Source: the human T2T-CHM13v2.0 reference genome, Homo sapiens. Taken from it: DNA of 64,000 nucleotides. The translations under genes were made by a program, and so were the position numbers. Positions within the stretch are counted from its first letter, which is position 1, and the number at the start of each line of letters is the position of its first letter. Shown here in pieces: positions 44,381 to 58,745 of the stretch. The stretch lies in assembly GCF_009914755.1 (NCBI RefSeq), contig NC_060929.1. One strand, written 5' to 3'. Under the pieces are notes generated by a model. That model saw only the letters and a program-made list of their open reading frames with translations. It did not search any database and was not told the origin of the DNA.

Positions 44381-45949
44381 GAAATTGATCTTTTTCTATG
44401 AAACGGTAAAAATTCAACAAATAATGTGAAAAGATACTTGGACAATCCTCAAACCCCTTGGTGAAATGGGGTGAAATAGCCATTGGGTAGAAAGCAGTTA
44501 AACAGAATTTTTTGTAAAGACCAAAAGGAAGACATGATTTAAGCAAAGAAAGATCTTAGGGCTATAACTGGCCCTAACTGGTCAGGCGTGAGCTTCATCT
44601 GTTTGAACTTGGTGCCTGGGTTGATTTATTACTGACTGTGGAAGTAAAACTGGAAGAGACGCACAACTTGAAGTAAAAGTTGTTTTTCCTCTTGTAGCCA
44701 GAGCAAAGACTGCCTATGAGGGCGTTCTCAACTTCCCTGCCTCTCGCTGCTGGAATCACCCATTTAAACTGCATTTCGCCAAATAACTCATTTTCATTCC
44801 AGACCAGACAACCAGAACTGTGGTTTCAGGGGTTAGAGTACTGCTAACTTTTAGTTTGTGTTGAAGTATTTGAAATGCTGTAGTCCGTGCCCCATACTTC
44901 TAGGAAGGTAAAAAAGGAAGCTTTTAAACACTTCAAAAGTCTTATTGTGATGATATTTGGCAAGTTCAAATTTATAGGTATAATTTTTTTGTGTTATATA
45001 CGTTCTTGACTTTTGAACATACAGCTTTATGGTGTGCCTTAGGTATGTCTCAGACATACCTGACCATTTTATGGAGATTTGAACTCGGCCTATACAACCT
45101 AAATTATCTGGGTAATTTAGTTGCTGTAGATGATCTGATTAAGTTAAGTTTCTGATAGATTCTTTTATTGCATTATCTAGTCTGCAATTATCAGGCTTAA
45201 CAGGATAATTTGATTATCTCCTTCTTCCCCTGAGCTTCATTGTTGGTCTTAAATTAGTATATATTCAATTTACATACCATGGTAGCTGCGCTCATTGGTA
45301 GCAGTAATTTCACCTCTAACAGTAGAGGGTTGTGCTTTGATCCTGGCACTTAAACGTAATAACATTAATAGAAAATGGTAGTGTCTCATTTCCTTTTCAA
45401 AACACTCTCTATGTTCATTACTAACTAATCCCATCTCTGCCGCTTGAGAGAGATGCAAATGAATCAGACGAACCATAGATTGAAATACCGCAAGTTTAGC
45501 TTGAGTTACATCATGAACCTGATCATAGTCAAAGGAAGAATCAAGAGTACTAAGAATTTTGTTTTGAATGTAGTTCCCATACTTTAAATACATATCTCTT
45601 TTCTGAAGATGTTTTGTCCTGAATGGAACTTTAAAACATATTGCCTTATTTCCCTTTGCCCTCATTAGTGGAAATGTAAAGTTTCCAATTCTCTTGAAAA
45701 TTAAAAAATCCAATTTCCCTTTTGAAATGCAGTAGGCAACAGTGTTTATGGTTTAGGGATATAGGCACTAAGAGGAGCACAGTAAATGTTCTGCTTTCCA
45801 ACACATCTCATGTTAATTTCATTATTGTGTAAGGACCCCTGGTACATGTGAAAAATACAGTATAGATCCAGTTTGAAGACAAATTGTCTTTTAAAAGGGG
45901 TAAATATTCTTGAGTAACTAGGTTTTTGCCTGTTTGCTTTAGAACTTTT

Positions 45950-47000
45950 ATTCATTCTTATTACAAAAGCAATACCTGCCCATTGTAGAAAAGATTAAAG
46001 TTAGATAAGCAAAAAATAAAATAAAAAGAAAAGAGGAAATTTAAAACTTATATTTATGCAACCCGGGGATAGCTTCTATTAACATTAACATGTTGTTGTA
46101 TTGTCTTTCATTTCAAATATTTTTCTATGCAAAAATATATTTCAAATGGAATTACGTTATACATATAGTTTTAGAATCCTTTTTTCTTAATGTATCATGA
46201 ACATCTTTTCACATCTGTAAGTATTCAGCTACATTTTAAAAATAGGTAGTATTCTGCTTTTTGGAAGAATCAAAATGTATTTAGCCAGGGTTGTAATATA
46301 GAACCCTTAAGTTGTTTTCGGTTTTGATATTGTAAATATTAATTTATTGAACAAGTGCAGGTGTCACAGGATGGTTTGGGATGAGTTTAACCATCCCCTC
46401 AATCTCAGCCAAGCCCTTCTCTTTTTTTTTGCTAAGGACAGTTAATGTTTTCATAGCAAAATGCTATGCCAACAGAGCTCAGGTTTACCTCTCTTCCAAT
46501 TAGATTTTCACCTAATTCTTTCCTAAATAGAAATTCTAGAATTACCACTAGTGTCTAATATTCTTGTACCTAAATCATTTACCATGTTATCCATTATTTC
46601 CCTAGGATAAATTCCCATAAGCAGAATTGCTAGATCAAGGAGCACATATGTTTTAGGGCCTTTGATACTGTTGTTTAAACTGTCTTCAAAATGTTTATAC
46701 TAGTTTAAATGTTACACAGTGGTACAGAGAGTGCCCATTTCCCTGAACCCTCACAAACAGTTGAGTACTGTTGTATTTACTAATTTTCCAATTCGATGGT
46801 GAAAACAATACGTTATTGTTTAAGTTAGCAACTCCTGCATCATTAGGTAAATACATGAACATTTATTTATATACTTAATGGTCATTGTAATTCTTTTTAT
46901 GTAAATTGCCTTTTCATATTCCTTGCCCATTTTTCTATTAAGATGCTTATCATTTTATTGATTTGTAAGAACTCTTTATCAATTGTCAATATTACCCATT
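45950..47000 (-). mobile_element. Old L1M 3' fragments
   Basis: 'ccctaggataaattcccataagcagaattgctagatcaagg...gagagtgcccatttccc...ccttgcccatttttctatt', antisense L1. Confidence 0.65.
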
Positions 47001-47926
47001 TAATAACCAGATTATTATATCCAAGAGACAGCTGTAGGTGCTGAAGTTTCTGCAGCCTATGGAATTGTTCAAATGATATTTGCGTCTGCTAATAGATATA
47101 CTAAATAACTTCCACTGAGTATTACCCAAATTTGGCCTTTGCCTTTTAAATGACTCTGGGCATACTCTCTCATAGCTTTCATAAATATTACAAAGTTTGT
47201 GAGAGAAAGTACTGCTTGCTTGATCAAAAGCAACTTATACAAATACAAATGCAGATTCTGATTTTTGTAGAGCAATTCTATCAGTCAAGAGACAGAAACC
47301 ACATCATTTTGTTTTGTTTTGTTTCCACATTGGGATTTTTTTAAACAGAGAAATGTTGGAGAATTGTAAAGGCACAAAGGGAACACTTAGGTCTCACAAA
47401 GGTGGCAAATCACTTTCTACCAGCACATCTACCACCATAGCCATGTTTTCTGCTGCATTTCCTGTCATTTGTCACTGACCAGGAAAACACAATTGGCTCT
47501 GGTCCTGGAGGTGCCTATGGGACTCCGTGACAGAAATTCACTGCTTGGGGACATCAGTAAAGCAATGGCTTGGATGCTTTCACCAGTCCCCCTTGTACTT
47601 TAAGCCTTTAGTGCTTTTCCTGGTGGGCATTTTCAGAGCTACTTGTTCAGCCAAACCCAATTATGTGTTTGCAAATTCAGTCCTCTCTCTTGAGGGCTAC
47701 ACCCAGTGATGAATATTGTGCTGTATTTCTTCTGGCTCAAATGTCCAGCCACTATAAAAGTGACAGGGAAGAACTGGTGAGTTTGGCAATACGGAAAAGG
47801 GATTACAAGATTAGTTTACATTACTTTGTAGCTTACTGTCAAATTGCACCCCCCCCAAACAAAGAAACCCTGTTTTCCCCAAAATTGAATCTTTCACTTA
47901 TACCCCTTCTTCTCCCTTCTTCCCAG

Positions 47927-48130
47927 TCTTTGACCTTCTCCCATCTTCCAGTCAGAGGCTAAACCCAGGCGCTCTGCTGCCAGTCCTGACAGACCCCGCC
48001 CTGAATGATCTCTATGTGATTTCCACCTTCAAGCTGCAGACTAAAAGTTCAGCCACCATCTTCGGTCTTTACTCTTCAACTGACAACAGTAAATATTTTG
48101 AATTTACTGTGATGGGACGCTTAAACAAAG
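47927..48130 (+). CDS. THBS4: Thrombospondin-4 coding exon 2 (N-terminal LamG/TSPN domain)
   Basis: Pyrimidine tract and cag|; (V)[67 protein letters not shown]; AG|gtaagc; 204 nt, phase 1-1, in frame with exons 1 and 3. Confidence 0.97.
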
Positions 48131-48442
48131 GTAAGCAAATTTGCTGAAATTATTTTCTTAAAAATCTCCTTTTTCTATTCCAGGATTAGGGGTATACTGT
48201 CTTTGAGATGGTTTCCTTGTACAATTATATTCTCACTCACTAGTCATTTCAGTTTTTAATACTGAATTCTTCTTACTGTACATTTACCTATATTGGCGGG
48301 GGGGTGGGGGGCGGTTCAGGAAGAAAGTGACATTGGGAGAAAAAAAGAATTGCTGTGACCAAGATGCTTTTTGACATTGTCTCATCCTGATGTTATTCTG
48401 AATCCAGTTCTGGAACAGAGAGGACAAGGGACAATTCAGCCA

Positions 48443-49282
48443 TTATCTTAGGCAGCTCAGGCTGCTATAACAAAATACCATAGACTTTGTGGCTTAAACA
48501 ATAGACATTTACATCTCACAGTTCTAGACAGTGGTAAGTCTAAGATCATGGTGCCATCTCAGTCCATTTTGTGTTGCTATAAAAGACTACCGGAGACTGG
48601 GTAATTTATAAAGAAAAGAGATTTATTTAGCTCACAGTCCTGCAGGCTGGAAGTTCAAGGGCATGGCCCTGGCTTCTGACAAGGACTTTCTTGTGTCACA
48701 ACGTGGTGGAGAAGGTCAAAGAGGGAGCAGACACATGGGAAGAGGGGAAAACCTGAGGGGCACCGTAGCTTTATAATAACCCACTCTCTCAAGAACTAAT
48801 TCATTCCCTTGAGAACTAATCCATTTTCACAAGAGCTGAAACTCACTGTCTCGAGAACAGCACCAAGCCATTCATGAGAGATCCAATCCCATAATTCATA
48901 TGCCTCCCACAAGGCCCTACCTCCCAACACCGCCACATTGGGGACCAAATTTCAGCACGAGTTTTGACAGGGACAGACATACCATATCCAAACCATACCA
49001 CCCGCAGATTTGGCTCCTTGTAAGGGCCCAGTTCCTGGATTGTAGATGGCCATCTTTTTATTGTGTCCTCACATGATGAAGACAGACAGCAAGCTCTCTT
49101 GTGTCTCTTCTTATAAAGTCACTATTCCCATCATGAGGGCCACACCCTCAGGACCTCATCTAAACCTAATCATCTCCCAAAAGCCCCACCTCCAAATACC
49201 ATCACACTGGAGATTAGGAGTTCAGTATATGAATTTGATGGGGCGGGAGGAAGGGGACAGATACAAACATTCAGCCCATGAC
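48443..49282 (-). mobile_element. MLT1A-type LTR with a nested MST-type LTR (about 48556-49000)
   Basis: 'gctgctataacaaaataccatagact...ggcttaaacaa' interrupted by 'tctcagtccattttgtgttgctataa...caaaccatacca', then resumes to 'attcagcccatgaca'. Confidence 0.78.
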
Positions 49283-50554
49283 AGCCACCCCATACTATTC
49301 TTATGTTCCCTTTGAAGCCAGTGCTCAGTAGACCTAGCTCCTAACTCCTTAAGCACCTACCTGGCCGTGATGGAAAGAATATACCTCAACCAGTAGAACA
49401 GGATGAATAGGGCTCTTTTCTCCCTGTGCGTGCCAATTTACACAGGCCTGTCACTGGTTTGATCCCTCTGCTGTCATTTGTTTTGTTGCCGTAGTGAGTT
49501 ACTATAAGCACTGAGAAGTGAGTCCCAAAGAAAATGGTCACTATTTTTCATTGCCTTCTCCTCCACTCCTTCCCCGGGGGACAACACCTGTTCCTGTTTA
49601 TTAAGGAATGTGACAGATGCGTGTTCCTGCTGCTTCATGCATTTAATAAAATAGGAGGGCTGGTTCTTCTGGCTGGGTTTTATGTTTATTTCAGTTTGCT
49701 TTACAAAGTGGACACTTCCTAGTGCTTCAAACTCTCTCTTAGATTATATTTGTGATTGTACACTTAAATCTGCAGGCATTAGGAAATGAAAGAAGTTTCT
49801 AATTCTTAACTTTCATAGGACTCTAAAGTTAAAAGTATAAATGAATGGGACTTTAACCCCTTCTTTTCTGTCAGATTCCAACATGCTTCTTGCCTGCTTC
49901 CACGCTACTCCCAAGTCTGCTTTCTCTGTATGTGCCTCATAGCCTGTCAGGGGCCTTGAGGAGGTGTCAGATAATAAAGTGAGTCTGAGGACATGGCCAG
50001 CAGATGGGTCAACCGTTCCTGTCCCCCTTTCCCCATCTTCAGCCCTAATGAGGGGGGATTCTGCCCATGTCTCTGCCTTGAATCAAACAGCCCCATTTTG
50101 CCTAGCATCTGCTGAAGGAACTGCTCATCTTCTGACAACCCAGCTACTCAGTTTGTGATCGTAAAAATCACCGTTCTTCATCTGTGGATCAGCAGCTTCT
50201 CCTAACCTGTCTATTTCAGAGGCATTGCAAAGATTTTTCTTTCGGTTCATCCAGCTTAATGGCCAGAAGTTCCTCTGCAGAGTAAAAAACTGCTCCAAGC
50301 TTTTGCCCTCACTGCCTCTCACCCTCTATTTCTAAATTGGCCAGTATGTGTGAGCCCATTGTGGAAAGTCTGTTGCTGGGAAACACAAGGAAGCAACTTC
50401 CCCTGAACGGATCCTTTCAGTTTGTATAGACAAGAGTAACACTGGATTTAATGGGCAGTAGGTAGAGGGTAAGGGGATCGTTAGTATGTTTCCTCTGAAG
50501 AATCACCAGTAATATGAGTCAGCTGTAAATACCAGTTGATCAAATATTTTAGGG

Positions 50555-50838
50555 GCTGTAATCCCAGCACTTTGGGAGGCTGAGGCAGGCAGATCACCTG
50601 AGGTCAGGAGTTCGAGAACAGCATGGCCAACATGGAGAAACCCCATCTCTACTAAAAATACAAAAATTAGCCAGGCATGGCAGTATGTGCCTATAGTCAC
50701 AGCTACTCGGGAGGCTGAGGCAGGAGAATCACTTGAACCCAGGAGGCAGAGGTTGCAGTGAGCTGAGATTGTGCCGCTGCACTCCACACTTCAGCCTGGG
50801 TGACAGAGCGAGACTCTGTCTCAAAAGAAAAAAAAAAT
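50555..50838 (+). mobile_element. Alu (AluSx-like), slightly 5'-truncated
   Basis: From 'ctgtaatcccagcactttggg' to the A-tail. Confidence 0.9.
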
Positions 50839-51699
50839 TAGAGGAAAAGATGAAAGGGTTGAGATGAAGAACTGAAAGATGAACATCTCCCTACCCTCCA
50901 ACCTATTAGGAAAGATAAATTGTTCTTAGAAACTGTGGGGGCAGAAGGAGTCCTGGAAGAATCTAGAAATGAGAATTCTCATAAGGCAAAGAGGGATTTA
51001 TGCTGTTATTAGAGCTTGAAGAGTTGAAGAATGACACAGAGAAGTTGTTTCACTGGAGCAGTCGGAAAAAATACGAAGATTTGCCAGCACTGGTGAATAT
51101 AAAAGTTTCAGGAAAGAGAAGTCCATTCTGACTGGAACAATAAAAAGAAGTCACTGGGTCCATCAGATCCAAGGAAAAGACAGAGCCTGTGGTTGAGACT
51201 CCCCACTGCAGTGTTCAGTGGTGGCCATGCTGACTTGACATAATTCTCCCCACAACCCTCCACAAATTATCTACCTGGACATGGTAGGCTCCAGACAGCA
51301 TTCATCTGGCCAAGGTTCAGCTGATCTCCTCTTTTGCTGATTTGCGTGGAAAACGGTGAAACAGAAGAAATCCAAGTGGATCTCTACTGACTTAAAACAC
51401 CTGAGTAGGAAATAAAACACACCCTTCCCTCCATTAAAGTCCAGGACTGGGAGATGAAGGAGGGTGACTACACAGCATCAAAGAGCAGAATTTGGTCATC
51501 TGGGCCTCATATGACCTCCTGAAACAAATTAAAATGTAGCTAATGAAGACTGCAAAGAAAGAGTTTGCCACTGAGCTCTCTGCTTCTACTCTCACCCTCT
51601 CCAAGTCAGCCTACCCCAGGCCACCTCATTACTGTTCACAAACATAATTTGGATCAAGATACATCTGACCTCTGAGACCTCTAGTGGCCCCCTTTCCAA

Positions 51700-52170
51700 A
51701 TTGAATAATGTACCCATGTCTCAGCAAGGCATTCGGGGCTTCCACTCTGCATGGCCCCAAGCAGCCTTTCCAGTTTATCCCTCATTCCAGCCTCCATGCA
51801 GCCTGAGCTTCACCAAGATAGGCTATTGCCATTCCTTGGGGCCGCACATGCTGCCTCTCCTCCATCCTTTTGTTCCTGCTGTCTGCTCCCTCGACACATA
51901 TCCTGCATCACCTCTTGACACCCAAATCCTACACATTCAAGACCCATCTCCAGCTCCTTCTGATATTCTTTCTAATATGACTTTGTACCTCTTAAGGAAG
52001 ACATTCATCTTAGCTCACCTTGTACTTGAATTACTTCTAGGTCTTCTCTCCATTTGGTTGGGAGCTCTCTTGAGACAGGGACTATACAGCCCTTATCTTT
52101 GCATCTGCTGCAGCACCTAGCAAGGTGCCTTGTACATAGAAGTAGTTCATGGATAGATTGAAAAGAATAA
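51700..52170. mobile_element. L2 relic
   Basis: 'gagctctcttgagacagggact...cagcacctagcaaggtgccttgtacatagaagtagttca'. Confidence 0.6.
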
Positions 52171-52274
52171 ATGGAGGCTGAGAAGAGTAGACTTGTTTGT
52201 GAAAAATGACATACACCATTGTGAAATTCTGGGATTCCACAATATCTGACACATAGTAGGTAATAAAAAAAAAA

Positions 52275-52574
52275 TTATTTATTTATTTATGAGACAGAGT
52301 CTTACTCTGTCACCCAGGCTGGAGTGCAGTCGCTAGATATCGGCTCACTGCAGCCTCTGCCTCCTAGGTTCGACTGACTCTCCTGCCTCAGCCTCCCGAG
52401 TAGCTGGAACTACATGTGCGCACCACTACGCCCAGCTAATTTTTCTATTTTTTTAGTAGAGATGGGGTTTTGCCATATTGGCCAGGCTGGTCTCGAACTC
52501 CTGGCCTCAAGTGATCCTCCTGTCTCGGCCTCCTAAATTGCTGGGCTTACAGGTCTGAGCCACCACACTCAGCC
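52275..52574 (-). mobile_element. Alu (AluS-like)
   Basis: Full reverse dimer. Confidence 0.9.
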
Positions 52575-53298
52575 AAAAAAAGATTTTTTTTTTTAATGAA
52601 TAAATATTGAAGGGCTTTTGGAATAGGATGTAAGAGGATACAGGTAGTATTTCTGGTAGAAGTGATCTGCCAGGTTATGAGTAATACAGCCTTTAAATCT
52701 TGATAGAAATAAGCATCCTGCAGAAACCACCTGGCTGGATAGAAGATATGGCTGATGCTCTTCTAGTATCTGGCGTAAAGACAACTTTCCAGTTTGTATC
52801 CTGAGTTTGAGTCACAAACTGCATCACCATGAATACATCTCTGAATCTCTCTTAGCCCTTGTTGATTGCCTATAAAATGGGGATAATAATAGCTACCTCA
52901 CAGGCTGGTTGCAAGAACTGAATTATATAAGGTATAATAACTTTCTTCAGACTATGAGGCTTAATAAAATTTTCATACTCTTAAACAGTATTAGAGACAG
53001 ATTTCCACTATTTAGGCAACTGTTTTCTAATGATGATGGTTTGGTGAACTCTTGGCTTGCCTTGATGACAATTTCACCTTTCAGAAAAAGAAACACAAGA
53101 ACTGCTTCTTTAGTCTTAGTATGATTGTCTCAGAACAACTTGGTGCTGTGAAGTGAAGGAAACCCAAAGTGTTTGCTGTAATGACCAGAGAGTGTCAGTG
53201 AAACTCCTTAGCCTAAGGATAGGACATGTCAAATAGTTCAGAGTAGTGGTTCTGTAGCTTGCAAGCTAAAGAGAAATATAGATTAAGAGAGATGGTAG

Positions 53299-53771
<473 letters not shown>

Positions 53772-53999
53772 TGAATTAGCTTAATTTTAAAGTGGTCATG
53801 TGCAGAAGATGGAAAGAATTTTAAAATTTGACACAAAACTATAATAATTAGGACAAAAAAGCTAAAACCTAATTGAGTCAAAGTTGGTGATTCACACATA
53901 AGATAATAAAATGGATGTTTTTAGCCATGTTCAGAATAAGATATGGAAGATATGGAAGAAATAAGCCTACCTCCTGGAATAGGTAATGGGAGATTAACA

Positions 54000-56250
<2,251 letters not shown>

Positions 56251-56481
56251 GACTTATAATGCTAATATTTTGTCATTGTACCAAGGCTAGAGAAGTTTCA
56301 TAGGCACTTAAGAAATTGCTTTGCACCTCTTTCCTGTAACATGACCTTGGGCTTCTGTGCACACTCACTGCTTTGTTGTCTACTAGATAGTTGCATACTA
56401 TGATGAATCTCATACTTTTTCAAAACACAAAGTCCTCTGCAGATGTTTAGCATAATTGCTGTGTTTCCTTTCACTAGATAG

Positions 56482-56482
<1 letters not shown>

Positions 56483-56515
<33 letters not shown>
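56483..56515. repeat. (TG)16 microsatellite
   Basis: Perfect dinucleotide run. Confidence 0.97.
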
Positions 56516-56519
<4 letters not shown>

Positions 56520-57218
56520 CTGTATACTTTACATTTATTCAAATTGCCATAAGAAAACTTTGAAACAGACTGCATTTATCACAGCTAGGAGTCACCCAGA
56601 GTACTTTCAGAAAAAGCAATTTGCTGATTTACCTTTTGTATGTATTTCCAAAGCACTAAAGTTACAAAGACCTAGTGTATAGGGCATGAAGATGAATAAG
56701 CAAAGGCAAACAAGAATATCCATCACAAGAGACATTAATGTCAAGGAGGCAATTTTTAAATGTACAATTATTTAAAAAGAAGAGGAAAGATTGACAATGA
56801 TGGCTTCCATCATATGTTTAAAAGTGCCAAAGAGCAAAGCCATTTGCCAAACAAAGCAAAGAGCTCCAGACTACCTTTGTGAGTTTGCTGCCTGCAGGCC
56901 AGGCCACTCTGGACTCCTTTGCCCAAGCAGACAAAATATTATCATTTCCAGTTCTTTAAAGCTGGCACCCTGCTTCATAACTTTGACATTCAACATATCA
57001 TAATATTTTTGACTACCAGGTCCACTTTTCAAAAAGCATCTTTTGAAAATTCTTTCTGAAGATAGCAATATTTCAAATCTTCATTGCCTGGGCTTGCTTT
57101 TTCATCTCCTGCCAGTCACTGAAATCGTATTTAATCAGACTGGGCTATGTGGTTCCTGTGTCCGGCTGGTCCCAAGCATGGAAATGTAGCTCTTGGACAG
57201 TGCCATAAAATCAGGCAA

Positions 57219-57343
57219 TCCTGAGTAGCTGGGGTTACAGGCAGGCGCCACCACGCCCACCTAATTTTTTTTGTTATTGTTGTTATCCTTAGTAGAGATG
57301 GGGTTTCACCATGTTGGCCAGGCTGGTCTCAAACTCCTGACCA
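57219..57343 (-). repeat. 125-bp internal Alu segment, duplicate of 55605-55729
   Basis: 121/125 identical by eye, including private variants; no Alu ends and no tail. Confidence 0.9.
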
Positions 57344-58000
57344 AATTGTCAATTACACAAAGATGCCAAGTTTAGAGGGAAAGGATTTATATAACCAACA
57401 AAGTGTTCCACATTTTAAAAAAGACATAATTGTGAGTAATAAAAGTCAGAGTGGACACACTCTATTTTATCTATTTTTTTTCACTTCCCATAAGTAGTTG
57501 TAGTGGTGCCCTCAGATACTATGGGATGTGGGAAAATCAGTAAGATATAGACTTGGCAGCATGAAGGGACTTAAGGTGGTGGGAAGATTAGGGCCAGTCC
57601 TGGGATAAGGAGTTGAAACATTATTTAGAATCCACTAGGGAGTTATTGAAGGATTTCATTTGCTTGCTTGCTTTGAGGAGGCAATAACGATCAGAACAGT
57701 CCTATAAGAAGTTCAATCTCTCAGTCCAAAAAGTCCGTGCAGAAAGAGACCTAAAGTAGGAAGGGGAGTCAGGAATCTAACAGAGCAGCCCAGAGGTGGA
57801 GCAGAGTCAGAGACACCGTTTGAGATCCGAGCACCCACTGACTGACAGCCTTCAGTTCCAATCCAATCTGCACTGCATTCTGGGTACTAACCCTGCACAA
57901 TAACCAGCTGCAATTGCCAAGAAAACCTGTGCAGCTGGTGGTGAGTGAAAACCAAGGATGTGAACTCAATGTGCTGCAGCTGAAGAAACAGAGTTGTACC

Positions 58001-58745
58001 TGGAACCGCCCAGTGGGTTCACCTTGCCCACTGCCTACACAGAACCCATTTATCAAGACAGGGGAATTGCAATGGAGAAAGGGTAATTCACGTAGAGCTG
58101 GCTGTGTGGGAGACCAGAGTTTTATTATTACTCAAATCAGTCTCCCCAAGCATTCAGGGATCAGAGTTTTTAAAGATAATTTTGCAGGTAGGGGCTTGGG
58201 AAGTGGGGAGTGCTGATTGGTCAGGCTGGAAATGAAATCATAGTGGGTCAAAGTTAGGTTTTCTTAACGTCTTCTGTTCCTGGGTGTGATGGCAGAAATG
58301 ATTGGGCCACATTACTGGTCTGGGTGGTGTCAGCTGATACATCCAGTGCAGGGTCTGCAAAATATCTCAAGCACTGATGTTAGGCTTTACAATAGTGATG
58401 TTCCCCCAATTTGGAGGTATTTGGGGAGCAATTTGGGGATTGCTCAGACTCTTGGAGCCAGAGGCTGCATGACCTCTAAACTGTAATTTCTAATCCTGTA
58501 GCTAATTTATTAGTCCTGCAAAGGCAGACTGGTCCCCAGGCAAGAAGAGGGTCTTCGGGAAAGGGCTGTTATCAATTTTGCTTCAGAGTCAAAGCATCTA
58601 CTGAATTCCTTCCCAAAGTTAGTTCGGCCTGTGCCCGGGAATGAACAAGGAAAGCTTAAGTGTTAGAAGCCAGATAGAGTCGGTTAGGTCTGATTTCTCT
58701 CACTGTCATAATTTCCTGAGTTATAATTTGGCAAAGACAGTTTCA
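58001..58745 (-). mobile_element. LTR8-type ERV1 solo LTR
   Basis: Minus strand begins 'tgaaactgtctttgccaaattataactcaggaaattatgacagtgag'; perfect 4-bp TSD TACC (57997-58000, 58746-58749). Confidence 0.85.

Noticed and set aside
45270-45713. 147-aa minus-strand ORF in intron 1
   Set aside because: No recognisable homology, non-ATG start and no splice context.
51701-52120. 139-aa ORF
   Set aside because: Lies within an L2 relic and has no protein similarity that I can recognise.
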